Shown piece after piece: positions 28,431 through 37,180 of a stretch of DNA of 55,808 nucleotides. How positions within the stretch are numbered: the stretch's first letter is position 1; every line of letters begins with the position of its first letter. Made by a program: the position numbers and the translations under genes. The notes beneath the pieces were generated by a model, which was given only the letters and a program-made list of their open reading frames with translations, had not been told where the DNA came from and did no database searches. The stretch is from Pseudomonadota bacterium (GTDB lineage: Bacteria > Myxococcota_A > Polyangia > Polyangiales > Polyangiaceae). The DNA lies in contig JAEWOQ010000076.1 in the NCBI GenBank assembly GCA_023460875.1, forward strand, positions 1-55,808, in the 5' to 3' direction.

Positions 28431-29684
28431 TCAGCGGGGCGGGCTCTTGGGCACACCGCGCGACAAGTCGCCCACGTGCACGCGCCCCCAGCGATAGGCG
28501 AGCAGTCGCTTGAAGCTGCCGACTCGATCCCCGCCCACGACCCACAAATCGCGCACACCGCCGTGCAGCTGGTGCAACGTGGGGATCCAAAGGGCCGTGT
28601 TCACCCAGGCCAAGACCTCCGCCTTCCCCAGCGTCACCCGCGAGATCGACAACCCGCAGAGCTGGTCGACCCCCGGCACCCTCCCCCGCGCGCAGACCGC
28701 CAGCACGTGCAGCTCCTCGTTGGCCACCGGGCGCCACAGCCACGCGCGTTGAGCGCGGATCGGCCCCACGCCGTCGAGCTCCTGCCGCGCCTCCTCGGGC
28801 AGCCCGGCGATGAGGCCCGCCTCCAAATCGTCATCGAACTTGGCGCGCGGCAGGAGCCCGCGCCCGAAGGCCAGGTGCAAGGCGACCTCGGCTGGATTGC
28901 GTGGACCAGCGCAGCACCGGAACCCGATGACCCCTGAGCGCGTCTCCGGGTTCTCTGGTCGACCGTTGGCGCAGCGGGCGACGAGCTCACCTGCGCGATC
29001 GTTGCCTCCCCGCAGCGTCACGCGCCCGTCGTCGTGCCCCCGCTGCCACGGGCTGTCCGTCCACTCCCACGCGGACCCGTGCATGTCGTGGACACCGAAG
29101 TCGCTCTGACAGGGCACGCGCAGACCGCTCGGTCGCAGCTGCGCCAACTTCCCCGTCTCGCAGACGCTCTCGCGATACCGATCGCCGTACTCGTACTTGC
29201 GGTTGTCGGGTCCCTTGCAAGCGCGCTCCCACTCGAGCTCCGAGCACAGGCGCTTCCCCTGCTCGGCGCACAGGCTGCGGGCTTCCTCCTGGTTGACCCC
29301 TGTCATGGGGATGGCCCCCTCCTCGTTGGGGTACTGGAAGCGGTCGATGTAGAAGCCCTCCAGGATCACCTGCTCTCCGGCCATCTCCTCGTCCGCGAGC
29401 CGCGGCAACTCGTCCGCCGGCGTACCCGCGACCAACGCTCCCCCCGGGATCCACGCCATCCCCATGCGGGGCACGGGCCGCTCCGGCGGCGGCCCGATGG
29501 GCGGCCCCTCCAGCCCAGACACCGCCTGGGGGTCCGCCTCGCCTTCGACCTCGCCGCTGCGACAGGAGACGCTGGCGCAGCCAGCCGCGAGCAGCAGCAC
29601 GAGCGCTGGCCAGGGCCTCGACCACCAGGGGGGAGTCGTCACGGGCGAATCATGGATCGTCGCTGTCTCGCGCGCCGGCACCAT
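28431..29684 (-). CDS. Lipoprotein with an FGE/SUMF1-type (formylglycine-generating enzyme family) domain and an uncharacterised C-terminal domain
   Basis: Lipobox [12 protein letters not shown]-family motifs are [23 protein letters not shown] and GFRCCAG. The start is ATG 29684 (35-bp overlap with the upstream stop) or GTG 29642 (no overlap). The track start at 29729 is less likely. Confidence 0.8.
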   Translation of the reverse strand: MVPARETATIHDSPVTTPPWWSRPWPALVLLLAAGCASVSCRSGEVEGEADPQAVSGLEGPPIGPPPERPVPRMGMAWIPGGALVAGTPADELPRLADEEMAGEQVILEGFYIDRFQYPNEEGAIPMTGVNQEEARSLCAEQGKRLCSELEWERACKGPDNRKYEYGDRYRESVCETGKLAQLRPSGLRVPCQSDFGVHDMHGSAWEWTDSPWQRGHDDGRVTLRGGNDRAGELVARCANGRPENPETRSGVIGFRCCAGPRNPAEVALHLAFGRGLLPRAKFDDDLEAGLIAGLPEEARQELDGVGPIRAQRAWLWRPVANEELHVLAVCARGRVPGVDQLCGLSISRVTLGKAEVLAWVNTALWIPTLHQLHGGVRDLWVVGGDRVGSFKRLLAYRWGRVHVGDLSRGVPKSPPR

Positions 29685-31158
29685 CTCGCTTGCCTTCGTC
29701 CTGCCCCTGACCCATCTCGCGCAGCCCACTCGCGCGCCCCTCTGCGCTCGGCTCGAGCTTCGCTGGCTGCTCGCGCAGCCCCAGCTCCTTCATCTTCAGC
29801 TGTAGGCCCTTGCGCGAGAGCTTGAGCAGCCGCGCCGTGTGGGTCACGTTGCCGCCCATCTGCTCGAGGGCGCGCTGGATCAGCTGCCGTTCCAGGTGAT
29901 TCACCGCCGCCTTCACCTGCTCCTTGAGCCCTCCCTCGAGGGGCGGCGCGTGCAGGGGCGACAGCGGGACGACCGGCTCCGTGCGCAGCAGATCTCCTGG
30001 CAGGTCTCCTGCGCCGATCTCATCGCCATCGCAGAACAGCACCGCCCGCTCCACGACGTTCTCGAGCTCCCGCACGTTGCCCGGCCAGGGGTAAGCCATC
30101 ATCGTGGCCAACGCGTCGGGGCTGACGCCGAGGACCCCTTTGCTGAGCCGCGCGTTGAACTTGCGGATGAAGTGCTCGATCAGCACCGGGATGTCGTCCA
30201 CCCGCTCGCGCAGCGCCGGCAGGCGAATCGGGACGACGTTCAGCCGGTAGAAGAGATCCTCCCGGAACGTGCCCTCGGCGATTTGGCGCTTCAGATCCGT
30301 GTTCGTGGCGGCGACGAGGCGCACGTCGATGCGCAGCGTCTTCACCCCGCCGACCCGCTCGAACTCGCTCTCCTGCAGGGCCCGGAGCAGCTTCACCTGC
30401 ATCTCGACCGGGATGGAGCCGATCTCGTCCAGAAAGAGGGTCCCTCCGCTCGCCAGCTCGAAGCGGCCAGGCTTCGACGTGACGGCGCCGGTGAACGCCC
30501 CGCGCTCGTAGCCGAAGAGCTCGCTCTCCATCAGGTCGCGCGGGATGGCCGCGCAGTTCACCTTGATGAAGGGGCGCTCGCGCCGCGACGAGGACTCGTG
30601 CATGGCGCGCGCCACGAGCTCCTTGCCGGTGCCGCTCTCACCCGTGATGAGCACGGTCGTGGGTGTGTCGGCGACGCGGTCGATCACGCCGTACACCTCG
30701 TGGATCGACTCGCTGCGCCCGATGATCCCGTGGCGCGCCTCGGTGGCCCCGCGAGCCGCGGGGGACGCGTCTCGAGCGGCGAGATCCCGGGTGCGCAAGG
30801 CTTTGTGCACGATCGTGCGGACCTCTTGCTGATCGAAGGGCTTGGTGACGTAGTCGAACGCGCCCGCCTTGAGGGCCTCCACCGCGTTGTCGACCGTACC
30901 GTGCGCGGTCATGATCACCACCGGCAGCCCCGGATCGAGCTCCACCGCGCGCCTCAGCAGCCCGAGGCCGTCCAGCCCTGGCATCTTGAGGTCCGTGATC
31001 ACCAGATCGATGTGGTTGTCGCGCAGGCACTCCAGGGCGTCGAGGCCGCCCGACGCGACGTGCACCTCGTAGCCGTCCCGCGTGAGCTGAGCGCTCAGCA
31101 CTCGTCGCAGGTTCGGCTCGTCATCGACCACGAGGATTTGTTTGGGCTCATTGAGCAT
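29650..31158 (-). CDS. Sigma54-dependent response regulator (NtrC family enhancer-binding protein)
   Basis: 502 aa. The receiver has ILVVDDEPN and [10 protein letters not shown]. The AAA+ domain has [14 protein letters not shown] and [11 protein letters not shown]-type motifs. A Fis-type HTH ([25 protein letters not shown]) is at the C-terminus. Confidence 0.92.
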   Translation of the reverse strand: MLNEPKQILVVDDEPNLRRVLSAQLTRDGYEVHVASGGLDALECLRDNHIDLVITDLKMPGLDGLGLLRRAVELDPGLPVVIMTAHGTVDNAVEALKAGAFDYVTKPFDQQEVRTIVHKALRTRDLAARDASPAARGATEARHGIIGRSESIHEVYGVIDRVADTPTTVLITGESGTGKELVARAMHESSSRRERPFIKVNCAAIPRDLMESELFGYERGAFTGAVTSKPGRFELASGGTLFLDEIGSIPVEMQVKLLRALQESEFERVGGVKTLRIDVRLVAATNTDLKRQIAEGTFREDLFYRLNVVPIRLPALRERVDDIPVLIEHFIRKFNARLSKGVLGVSPDALATMMAYPWPGNVRELENVVERAVLFCDGDEIGAGDLPGDLLRTEPVVPLSPLHAPPLEGGLKEQVKAAVNHLERQLIQRALEQMGGNVTHTARLLKLSRKGLQLKMKELGLREQPAKLEPSAEGRASGLREMGQGQDEGKRDGAGARDSDDP

Positions 31159-31190
31159 GAATCTTGGATCTGTTCGAGGGCGAGTGACGC

Positions 31191-32516
31191 TCAGCGGCAG
31201 CGCGGGCTCTCGCCGGTGAAGAGGTCGCTACAATAGATCAGCGCGGCCTTGTTGGCCCCTGGTGCCCCCGCGAGGATCACCTCGCGGCCACGCTGCGGCG
31301 CCACCGCCAGTGCGGCGCCAAATCGGCTCCCACCCGTGCTCGACGACAGGAGCCGAAGATCGGCGAAGGCCGCGCCACCCGCGGGCGTCCAGTCGTACAC
31401 CAAGACGGCTCCCGTCTTCTCCTTGCCGGCAGCGCTCATCCCCGGCGCGCCCACGATGACCTCGCCGGTGCCGTCCCCGTCCAGATCCGCGACGGCCAAG
31501 GCGGCGCCGAACTCCGAGCCCTCGCAGGCATAGGAGCCTTCGACGTCGTCGCAGGTGAACCGATCGAGCTCCGCCCCTTCGGGCAACCAGTCCGCGCCGC
31601 AGGGCTCCTCGGGAGCGGGGGCGGCGGCGGCGAGGGCCGCGCCGCGCAGGACCCATACGGCGCCGTTGTCGGCGACGATCAGCTCCTCCTCGTCGTCCTC
31701 GTCGACGCGCCCTGCCGCCAAGGAGCGCCCGAGCCCGGCGGCGCCGCCGAGACATCCGAGCACCTCGGGCTCCTCTCCGAGCCACCGATACAGCCAGACC
31801 TCGCCTCTCCCCGGATCGCCCACGGCGAAGATGCGCCCCCCCGAGATCCCAACCACCGCGACGGCGCGGCCGTATTGCTCTCCTGGAGCACGAGCGGGGA
31901 CGAGCTCTTGGGGCAGGCTCTCCTGGGGCGGATAGAACCAGGAGCTCTTCACCCGAGGAGCGGCGGCGAGCAAGGCCGGCGCCTCTTGCCGATCGGAGGC
32001 CGCGAACAGCTCCGGGGGCTCGGCCGCGTTCTCGAAGACCTCCGTGATGGCGGCCTCGGCGACCTCCGGGACCTGTTGAACGAAGCTCATGGTGCCGCAG
32101 CGCAACAGGAGCCCCGTGGTCGACTCGTCTCTCCCGAGACCGACGGCGAAGCAGCGCTCCTGCTCTTCCCCTCTGAGCAGCAACTTGCCGAGACCAGCAG
32201 GCTGGGTCGCCAGAAAACATGCGCGAGCACCCTTCGACTCGCACACGAGCGCGCTGACGGCCTGCACCCCCGGGCGCTCGTCGAACCCGAGCTCGAAGGT
32301 CGCGCCCGGCGACGCGAGGGGCACTCCGCCCACGAGCGCGCGCACCTCCTCCCCATGAACCGCCACGGCCACGACGTTGCCGAAGCCCGCCTTCAAGGCG
32401 CTCGGGCGCTCCAACACCTCCACGGGCGCGTGGTCGCTCACCTCGTCGAACCTGCTCCAGGAACACGCGCTCGCCAGCAGCGCCAGCGCCGCGGCCGCCG
32501 TCACGCGCCGTGACAT
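31191..32516 (-). CDS. FG-GAP repeat lipoprotein
   Basis: The ATG at 32516 overlaps the upstream stop (ATGA) and gives [23 protein letters not shown]/integrin-alpha-like motifs are [24 protein letters not shown] and [22 protein letters not shown]. The track's longer 693-aa ORF overlaps the upstream gene and was rejected. Confidence 0.75.
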   Translation of the reverse strand: MSRRVTAAAALALLASACSWSRFDEVSDHAPVEVLERPSALKAGFGNVVAVAVHGEEVRALVGGVPLASPGATFELGFDERPGVQAVSALVCESKGARACFLATQPAGLGKLLLRGEEQERCFAVGLGRDESTTGLLLRCGTMSFVQQVPEVAEAAITEVFENAAEPPELFAASDRQEAPALLAAAPRVKSSWFYPPQESLPQELVPARAPGEQYGRAVAVVGISGGRIFAVGDPGRGEVWLYRWLGEEPEVLGCLGGAAGLGRSLAAGRVDEDDEEELIVADNGAVWVLRGAALAAAAPAPEEPCGADWLPEGAELDRFTCDDVEGSYACEGSEFGAALAVADLDGDGTGEVIVGAPGMSAAGKEKTGAVLVYDWTPAGGAAFADLRLLSSSTGGSRFGAALAVAPQRGREVILAGAPGANKAALIYCSDLFTGESPRCR

Positions 32517-34183
32517 CACCACGCCTCCTGGGCGAAATCGACGCCGGTGGCGATCGTGCGCCACGGGATGGCCCTCGACGCGGAGGGCACCGCCGCCGGA
32601 GCACGCCGCTCCTCGAACTCGCGGCGCTTGCCCCGCTGGAGCGTCGAATCGGGGTAGGGATCCTTGACGAAGTTGTAGGTCGACAGGAGGGCGAACACGC
32701 CACCGATCGCGAACCCTGCGTTGGCTCCGATGGAGAACCAGCGGCCGCGGTCGATGCGGGGATCGGTGGGATCGAGGTGCCCAGCGTCCCTGTCGGCGCG
32801 GAGCTGATCGTGGAGTTGATTGGACTGGACGCCGAGGTACGTCCCCGTGCCGAGCAGCGCCGCCGCGATGGCCGCTTGGGTCCAGGCGGTGCCCCGGGGA
32901 TACTGAGGGATCATGTGGGCCCGCAGCGGCAGCACCTGCCCCTTCGGGACCTCGAAGGTGGTGTGCAGGTCCTTGTGGCCGTCGGCGCTCACCGTCAGGC
33001 GATGAACCCCCGCAGGCAGCTCCGCCTCGAGGGCCGGCTCTCCCCGCTTCCAGAGCCCCAGGGGACGATCGTCGATGGTGACCCAAGCTTCGGGGACGTT
33101 GGCGTCCACCCGCACGACGCCATAGCCGACGCGGACGAGCTTCACCGCTACCTCGATCCGATCGCTCGCAGCGAGCTCCACCGTCCGCGTGAACTTCTGG
33201 AAACCGGGGGCTTCGACCACGATCCGGTGCTTCCCGGGAGGAATGAGCTCTCCGTGAGGTAGGCGCCCCCACGCCGGCCGCCGCCGCTCATCGTCGTCCA
33301 CGTACACGTAGGCGCCGGGGACGTTCCCGGTCACCCGCAAGAAGGCCATGAACGCCCCCTGGGAGAGGTTGGCCTGGAAGTGATGTACGTGCCCTGGCGA
33401 GACCACGATGTCGGCCTCGCTCCGGTTGAACTCGCGGAACTCCTCCACGACGACGTGATAACGACCGACCGCGAGCGTCAGGCTGACGGGAGCCGCGCGC
33501 TCCGCCACGAGCCTCCAGCCTGGGTTAGCCTGGCCAGCGACGAACGCCGACGCCGCCGGATCGACGAGTCGATAGATCTGGACGGGGGCAGCGCTCGGGG
33601 TGGTCTCGATCACGACGAGGGACTTCATCGTCGACTCCGACTCCACCGGCGCGGGCCGACCTTCTGCCTCTGCGCCGCCGTCAGACTCTACCTCGCCCCC
33701 CGACTCCTGCTGGGCCTGTTCCGCCAGCAGCGCTCGCAACCGCGCGATGCGCTCGCTCACCTCGTCCCGATCGGGAGCTTCGCGGTCGACGTCCAGGTAG
33801 CGCTCGAGGGCGTCCACGGCCAGCTCGAAGCGCCCGTCCTTCTCGTGACACACGGCGGCGTTGAAGAGGAAGGCGGAGTAAGGGTGCTCGCGAAACCCCG
33901 TCTCGAAAATCTCCGCTGCTTCGGTGTACTTACCCGTCAAGAAGAGCGCCTGCCCCTTCTCCATCTGCTGACGAATGACCTCGAGCCGGGTGGAGGCATC
34001 CGGAGCGGCGGCCAACGCCGCGCGGCCGAGCCCCGGCGCCCCGTTCAGAAGCACGCAGCAGAGCGCGACGAGGCAGCAGAGGACGCGCAGCGCCGACCGC
34101 GCTCCGCTCTTCGGGCGAGTCCGGAGCTCAGGGAGCGGCCAAGGATCCAGGAGCAAACGGGGCGCGTGCCTCACGGAGGACAA
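32516..34183 (-). CDS. Membrane protein with an N-terminal TPR-like module, three PEGA-like domains and C-terminal TM helices
   Basis: 555 aa with a TTG start and an N-terminal hydrophobic segment. It has a TPR-like pair (KGQALFLTGKYTEAAEIFE...NAAVCHEKDGRFELAVDALERYL). PEGA-like units are VPGAYVYVDD...GKHRIVVEAPGF and VPEAWVTIDD...GVHRLTVSADGH. Two TM segments lie at the C-terminus. Confidence 0.75.
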   Translation of the reverse strand: MSSVRHAPRLLLDPWPLPELRTRPKSGARSALRVLCCLVALCCVLLNGAPGLGRAALAAAPDASTRLEVIRQQMEKGQALFLTGKYTEAAEIFETGFREHPYSAFLFNAAVCHEKDGRFELAVDALERYLDVDREAPDRDEVSERIARLRALLAEQAQQESGGEVESDGGAEAEGRPAPVESESTMKSLVVIETTPSAAPVQIYRLVDPAASAFVAGQANPGWRLVAERAAPVSLTLAVGRYHVVVEEFREFNRSEADIVVSPGHVHHFQANLSQGAFMAFLRVTGNVPGAYVYVDDDERRRPAWGRLPHGELIPPGKHRIVVEAPGFQKFTRTVELAASDRIEVAVKLVRVGYGVVRVDANVPEAWVTIDDRPLGLWKRGEPALEAELPAGVHRLTVSADGHKDLHTTFEVPKGQVLPLRAHMIPQYPRGTAWTQAAIAAALLGTGTYLGVQSNQLHDQLRADRDAGHLDPTDPRIDRGRWFSIGANAGFAIGGVFALLSTYNFVKDPYPDSTLQRGKRREFEERRAPAAVPSASRAIPWRTIATGVDFAQEAW

Positions 34184-34339
34184 CGATCGCCCTAGCGCAG
34201 CCCGCTAAACAAGCCCGAACGGCCGCAGCGGCCACGATTTTGGATCATGCGTGGCATCTCCCTATGCTATCGCCGGGAGCTGGCGGTCAGATCCGGATCA
34301 CCTTCGGACTGCTTCCTTCTCGCCGGATCGAGCTCGAGC

Positions 34340-35173
34340 ATGCGCAGGTTTGTCTCTCCCTGGTGGGTTGCCGTAGCCCTCGTCTCCTCGCCGGCGCTCG
34401 CGAGCGCCCAAGAGGGCAAGACGTTCCCGGAGTGCACACATGCACCGAGCGAACGCGACATCAGCGCAGCGAAGGGCGCGTTCGAAGCCGGACAGGTCTC
34501 CTTCCACGAAGCGGACTACGCGCGGGCCATCCTCTATTGGGAGGACGCCTTCAGGCGAGACTGCACCGCGCTGGCGCTCCTCTTGAACCTCGCTCGAGCC
34601 TATGAGCTCGCAGAGCAGAAGGCTCACGCCGTGTCGGCGCTCGAGACTTACCTCGCCCGCCGACCGAACGCGGTGGATCGGGACCAGATCTCACGACGTC
34701 TCGAGGCGCTACGTCGTCAGCTCGACGAGGAGCGCGAGGCAGCGCAGCGACGAGCAGCGGAGACCGCCCCCACCCAGCCGACGCCGAGCCACGCCCCAGA
34801 GCCGTTGCCTGCCGTGGAGGCGCCGACCGCGGGCGCGCAGGCGCCCGTCTGGCCTTTGGTCGTCGCGGGAGGCGGGCTCGCGGTGGGGGTCGTGGGGGTC
34901 GTCCTGTGGGCGGTGAACCAATCGACCATCAACGACTGCTCGAAGGAGAGCGCGGGGGTGTATGTGTGCGGCGACGCCGCCGACAAGCGAGCTGCCGAAG
35001 ACGCCCTGCCCCGCCGCAACGTCGGGATCGGGCTCACCCTCGGCGGCGGGGCCGTGGCGATCGGCGGAGCCGTGACGTACTTCTTCCTACGCCAGCAGGC
35101 ACATGCGGGCGCGTCGCTGCAGCCGAGTGTCGGTCCCGGCTTCGCGGGGCTCAACTACGTGGGGACCTTCTGA
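34340..35173 (+). CDS. Membrane protein with a TPR-like N-terminal module; paralogue of the N- and C-terminal parts of the PEGA protein
   Basis: The ATG at 34340 gives signal MRRFVSPWWVAVALVSSPALASAQ. It has the TPR-like module FHEADYARAILYWEDAF...NLARAYELAEQKAHAVSALETYL, then a charged helix and two TM helices. Confidence 0.7.
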   Translation: MRRFVSPWWVAVALVSSPALASAQEGKTFPECTHAPSERDISAAKGAFEAGQVSFHEADYARAILYWEDAFRRDCTALALLLNLARAYELAEQKAHAVSALETYLARRPNAVDRDQISRRLEALRRQLDEEREAAQRRAAETAPTQPTPSHAPEPLPAVEAPTAGAQAPVWPLVVAGGGLAVGVVGVVLWAVNQSTINDCSKESAGVYVCGDAADKRAAEDALPRRNVGIGLTLGGGAVAIGGAVTYFFLRQQAHAGASLQPSVGPGFAGLNYVGTF

Positions 35174-35216
35174 GGGCATCGTGATTCCCCGAGCCGCCGA
35201 GCTTGGGGAGCGCACC

Positions 35217-35555
35217 TCACCGTCCCCAGGTCGACGGAGCGCGTTCTTCCGTCTCGGGCGCTGGAGCGTCGACCGGCCGGGCCCCTGCGCTCGGATCGGC
35301 GGCACGGGGATCGGCGGCGCGGGGATCGGCGGCGCGGGGATCGATGCGCTCCTCACCTGGTGGTGGAGCGTCGGTAGGCGGGGGCTCCTCCGGAGTCGCT
35401 CGCAGCCGCGCAGGGAGGGGCTCGAGGGGCGGCGGGGTTTCACTCGCCGAGCCTCCGCAGCCAAAGAGGATCAGGGAGACGAAGAGGCCGCACGCTCTCC
35501 GAGGGCCTGAGCCCAGGCGGCCGGAGAATCCCAGATGCCTCACGCTGTCCTTCAT
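35217..35555 (-). CDS. Small Pro-rich lipoprotein with a DPRAA x3 repeat (hypothetical)
   Basis: An ATG at 35555 (MKDSV...) is followed by lipobox LFVSLILFGCGG. The coding signal is only moderately better than the overlapping + strand ORFs. Confidence 0.4.
   Translation of the reverse strand: MKDSVRHLGFSGRLGSGPRRACGLFVSLILFGCGGSASETPPPLEPLPARLRATPEEPPPTDAPPPGEERIDPRAADPRAADPRAADPSAGARPVDAPAPETEERAPSTWGR
35293..35343. repeat. 15-bp tandem repeat, about 3.4 copies (GGATCGGCGGCGCGG)
   Basis: Units lie at 35293-35307, 35308-35322 and 35323-35337, plus a partial copy. On the minus strand they encode (A)DPRA repeats. Confidence 0.85.
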
Positions 35556-35783
35556 GGCGCGCGAGCTAAGCATGGATCCGGTGCACGTCCCACACACTCG
35601 CTGCAGTGACGCTGGGAACTTTCATAGCTTCTGCAGGTGCGAACCGGCCGAAGGTCGGTCCCGTGGAAGATCGTCCCCGGTCCCCCCGGAAGGACGCGCG
35701 ATGAGTGGGCATGACCCAATAAGACTTGCTAGGTTCGGTCGCTCCCGGGCACCTGCCCACTATCGACCCCTACGAGGATTTTC

Positions 35784-36404
35784 ATGAAGCTTCGTTATCT
35801 CCTGGTGCTAGCTGCGATCCCATGGCTCGGCGCCTGCTCTGACGACAACGACGACGGCGACGGCAACGGCGGCGGCAACGGCGGCGGCAACGGCGGCGGC
35901 GAGCGCAACACCCCGTGGGCCTTCTGCGGCCCTGCGAACTCCTGCCCTCCGAACACGAGCGGCGCCGATCTGACGACCCCGGTGTCCTTCCGCACGGACA
36001 TCTTTGGGCCGATCTTTCAGGTGAGCTGCAACGACGCCACCTGCCACGGGATCGAGGGCGCCGCGCGCGGCGATCTCTGGCTCGGTCCCCCCAACGGTGA
36101 GGCCACGGACGAGATGATGCAGACGATCATCGACAACATGCTCACCGCGTCCGCGACGGCGCCGGAGATGCCCAACGTCGTCCCGGGCGATCCGAGCCGG
36201 AGCTTCCTCATGTTGAAGGTCGACGGCTGTCAGGACGCCGCCGGCCTGACCTGCACCTCGCAGCCAGGCGCCCTCTGTGGGACCGCCTGCGGCGACTCGA
36301 TGCCGCAGTTCGACGATCCCGGTGGGGAGCTCGACTTCCCGCTGCCGGCGGAGCAGACCCACAAGATCCGCGCTTGGATTGCCCAGGGCGCACAGAACAA
36401 CTAA
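35784..36404 (+). CDS. Cys-rich lipoprotein of unknown function
   Basis: 206 aa. GAGGA lies 5 nt upstream of the ATG. Lipobox IPWLGAC-SDD is followed by an Asp/Gly/Asn linker (GNGG x3). The globular part has 9 Cys, including SCNDATCHG. Confidence 0.7.
   Translation: MKLRYLLVLAAIPWLGACSDDNDDGDGNGGGNGGGNGGGERNTPWAFCGPANSCPPNTSGADLTTPVSFRTDIFGPIFQVSCNDATCHGIEGAARGDLWLGPPNGEATDEMMQTIIDNMLTASATAPEMPNVVPGDPSRSFLMLKVDGCQDAAGLTCTSQPGALCGTACGDSMPQFDDPGGELDFPLPAEQTHKIRAWIAQGAQNN
35862..35897. repeat. 12-bp tandem repeat x3 (GGCAACGGCGGC)
   Basis: Perfect copies at 35862-35873, 35874-35885 and 35886-35897 encode GNGG repeats in the lipoprotein linker. Confidence 0.9.
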
Positions 36405-36455
36405 AGCCGGGGGCATGGGCGCCCCTCGTGACCTCGTCTTCCTGGTGGTGCGGTC

Positions 36456-37061
36456 ATGATCGGGCGCCTGTGCGGGCGGCTCGTCAATGAAGAGGCAGGT
36501 GGCCCTCTGCTCTTGGACGTCGGGGGCGTGGGCTACGACGTGCTGTGTCCCCTCGGGACCGCCGGACGCGCCCGCCAGGAGGGAGACCGCGTCGTCCTGC
36601 ACGTCCACACGAACCTGCGGCAAGACGCTCTGGAGCTGTTCGGCTTTGCCACCGAAGAGGACCGCGCCGTGTTCCGACTCCTCGTCGGCGTGCCCAACGT
36701 CGGCCCCAGGACGGCCCTCGGCATCCTGAGCGCGCTGCCCACTCCGGAGTTGTGCGCCGCCGTCCAGGCCGCGGATAAAAACCGGCTCGGCAAGGTCCCC
36801 GGCATAGGCAAGAAGACGGCCGAGCGCTTGGTGCTCGAGCTCAAGGACAAACTCCCGACCCACCTGGGGAGAGATGTCTCGGCCGAGAAGCCGACGCAGA
36901 GCGCGGCGCTGGGGCAGCGGGATCGCCTCCTCGCTGCGCTCACCAACATGGGATACCGCCCCGCTGAAGCGGAGCGGGCCCTCAAGGTGCTCGAGCCGGA
37001 CCTCGAGGGGCGCCCGCTCAGCGATTCACTGCGGGAAGCTCTGAAGGTTCTCACCCCGTGA
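36456..37061 (+). CDS. ruvA: Holliday junction branch-migration complex subunit RuvA
   Basis: 201 aa. It has MIGRLCGRL..., GVGYDV, LFGF, two HhH motifs (VPNVGPRTALGILS, VPGIGKKTAERLVLELK) and C-terminal domain III (ALTNMGYRPAEAERAL). Confidence 0.92.
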   Translation: MIGRLCGRLVNEEAGGPLLLDVGGVGYDVLCPLGTAGRARQEGDRVVLHVHTNLRQDALELFGFATEEDRAVFRLLVGVPNVGPRTALGILSALPTPELCAAVQAADKNRLGKVPGIGKKTAERLVLELKDKLPTHLGRDVSAEKPTQSAALGQRDRLLAALTNMGYRPAEAERALKVLEPDLEGRPLSDSLREALKVLTP

Positions 37062-37116
37062 CGGCGGCGGGACGACCGCGCGAGCTGGCCTCACCGGCCT
37101 CGGAGCGCGACTCGGC

Positions 37117-37144
37117 TTGATTCTCGGGGACCCCCAGGGATAAT
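37117..37144 (+). promoter_or_regulatory. Sigma70-like promoter candidate (TTGATT-N16-GATAAT)
   Basis: The -35 element TTGATT is at 37117-37122 and the -10 element GATAAT at 37139-37144, with a 16-nt spacer. It sits in a locally AT-richer patch 37-76 nt upstream of the possible starts of the FHA gene. Confidence 0.4.
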
Positions 37145-37180
37145 CGCGCAGTTGCGACCGCTCGACGCGGTCTGGGCCCG

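Noticed and set aside
32517-33272. N-terminal 252 codons of the 693-aa ORF (31191-33272)
   Set aside because: They overlap the PEGA-domain gene out of frame and translate to Arg/Pro/Gly-rich junk. An ATG at 32516 forms an ATGA junction with the upstream stop and yields a clean lipoprotein signal.
34252-34268. Sigma54-like element TGGCAT-CTCCC-TATGC, 75 bp upstream of the TPR membrane gene
   Set aside because: The GG-to-GC distance is 13 nt instead of the invariant 12, and sigma54 promoters tolerate this spacing change poorly. It is kept only as a note for a formal PWM scan.
35203-35787. 194-aa + strand ORF (and the 135-aa ORF at 35103-35510)
   Set aside because: Its codon bias is similar to that of the minus-strand ORF, but it has no signal or motif. 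The minus-strand reading has a canonical lipobox. This call is low-confidence either way.
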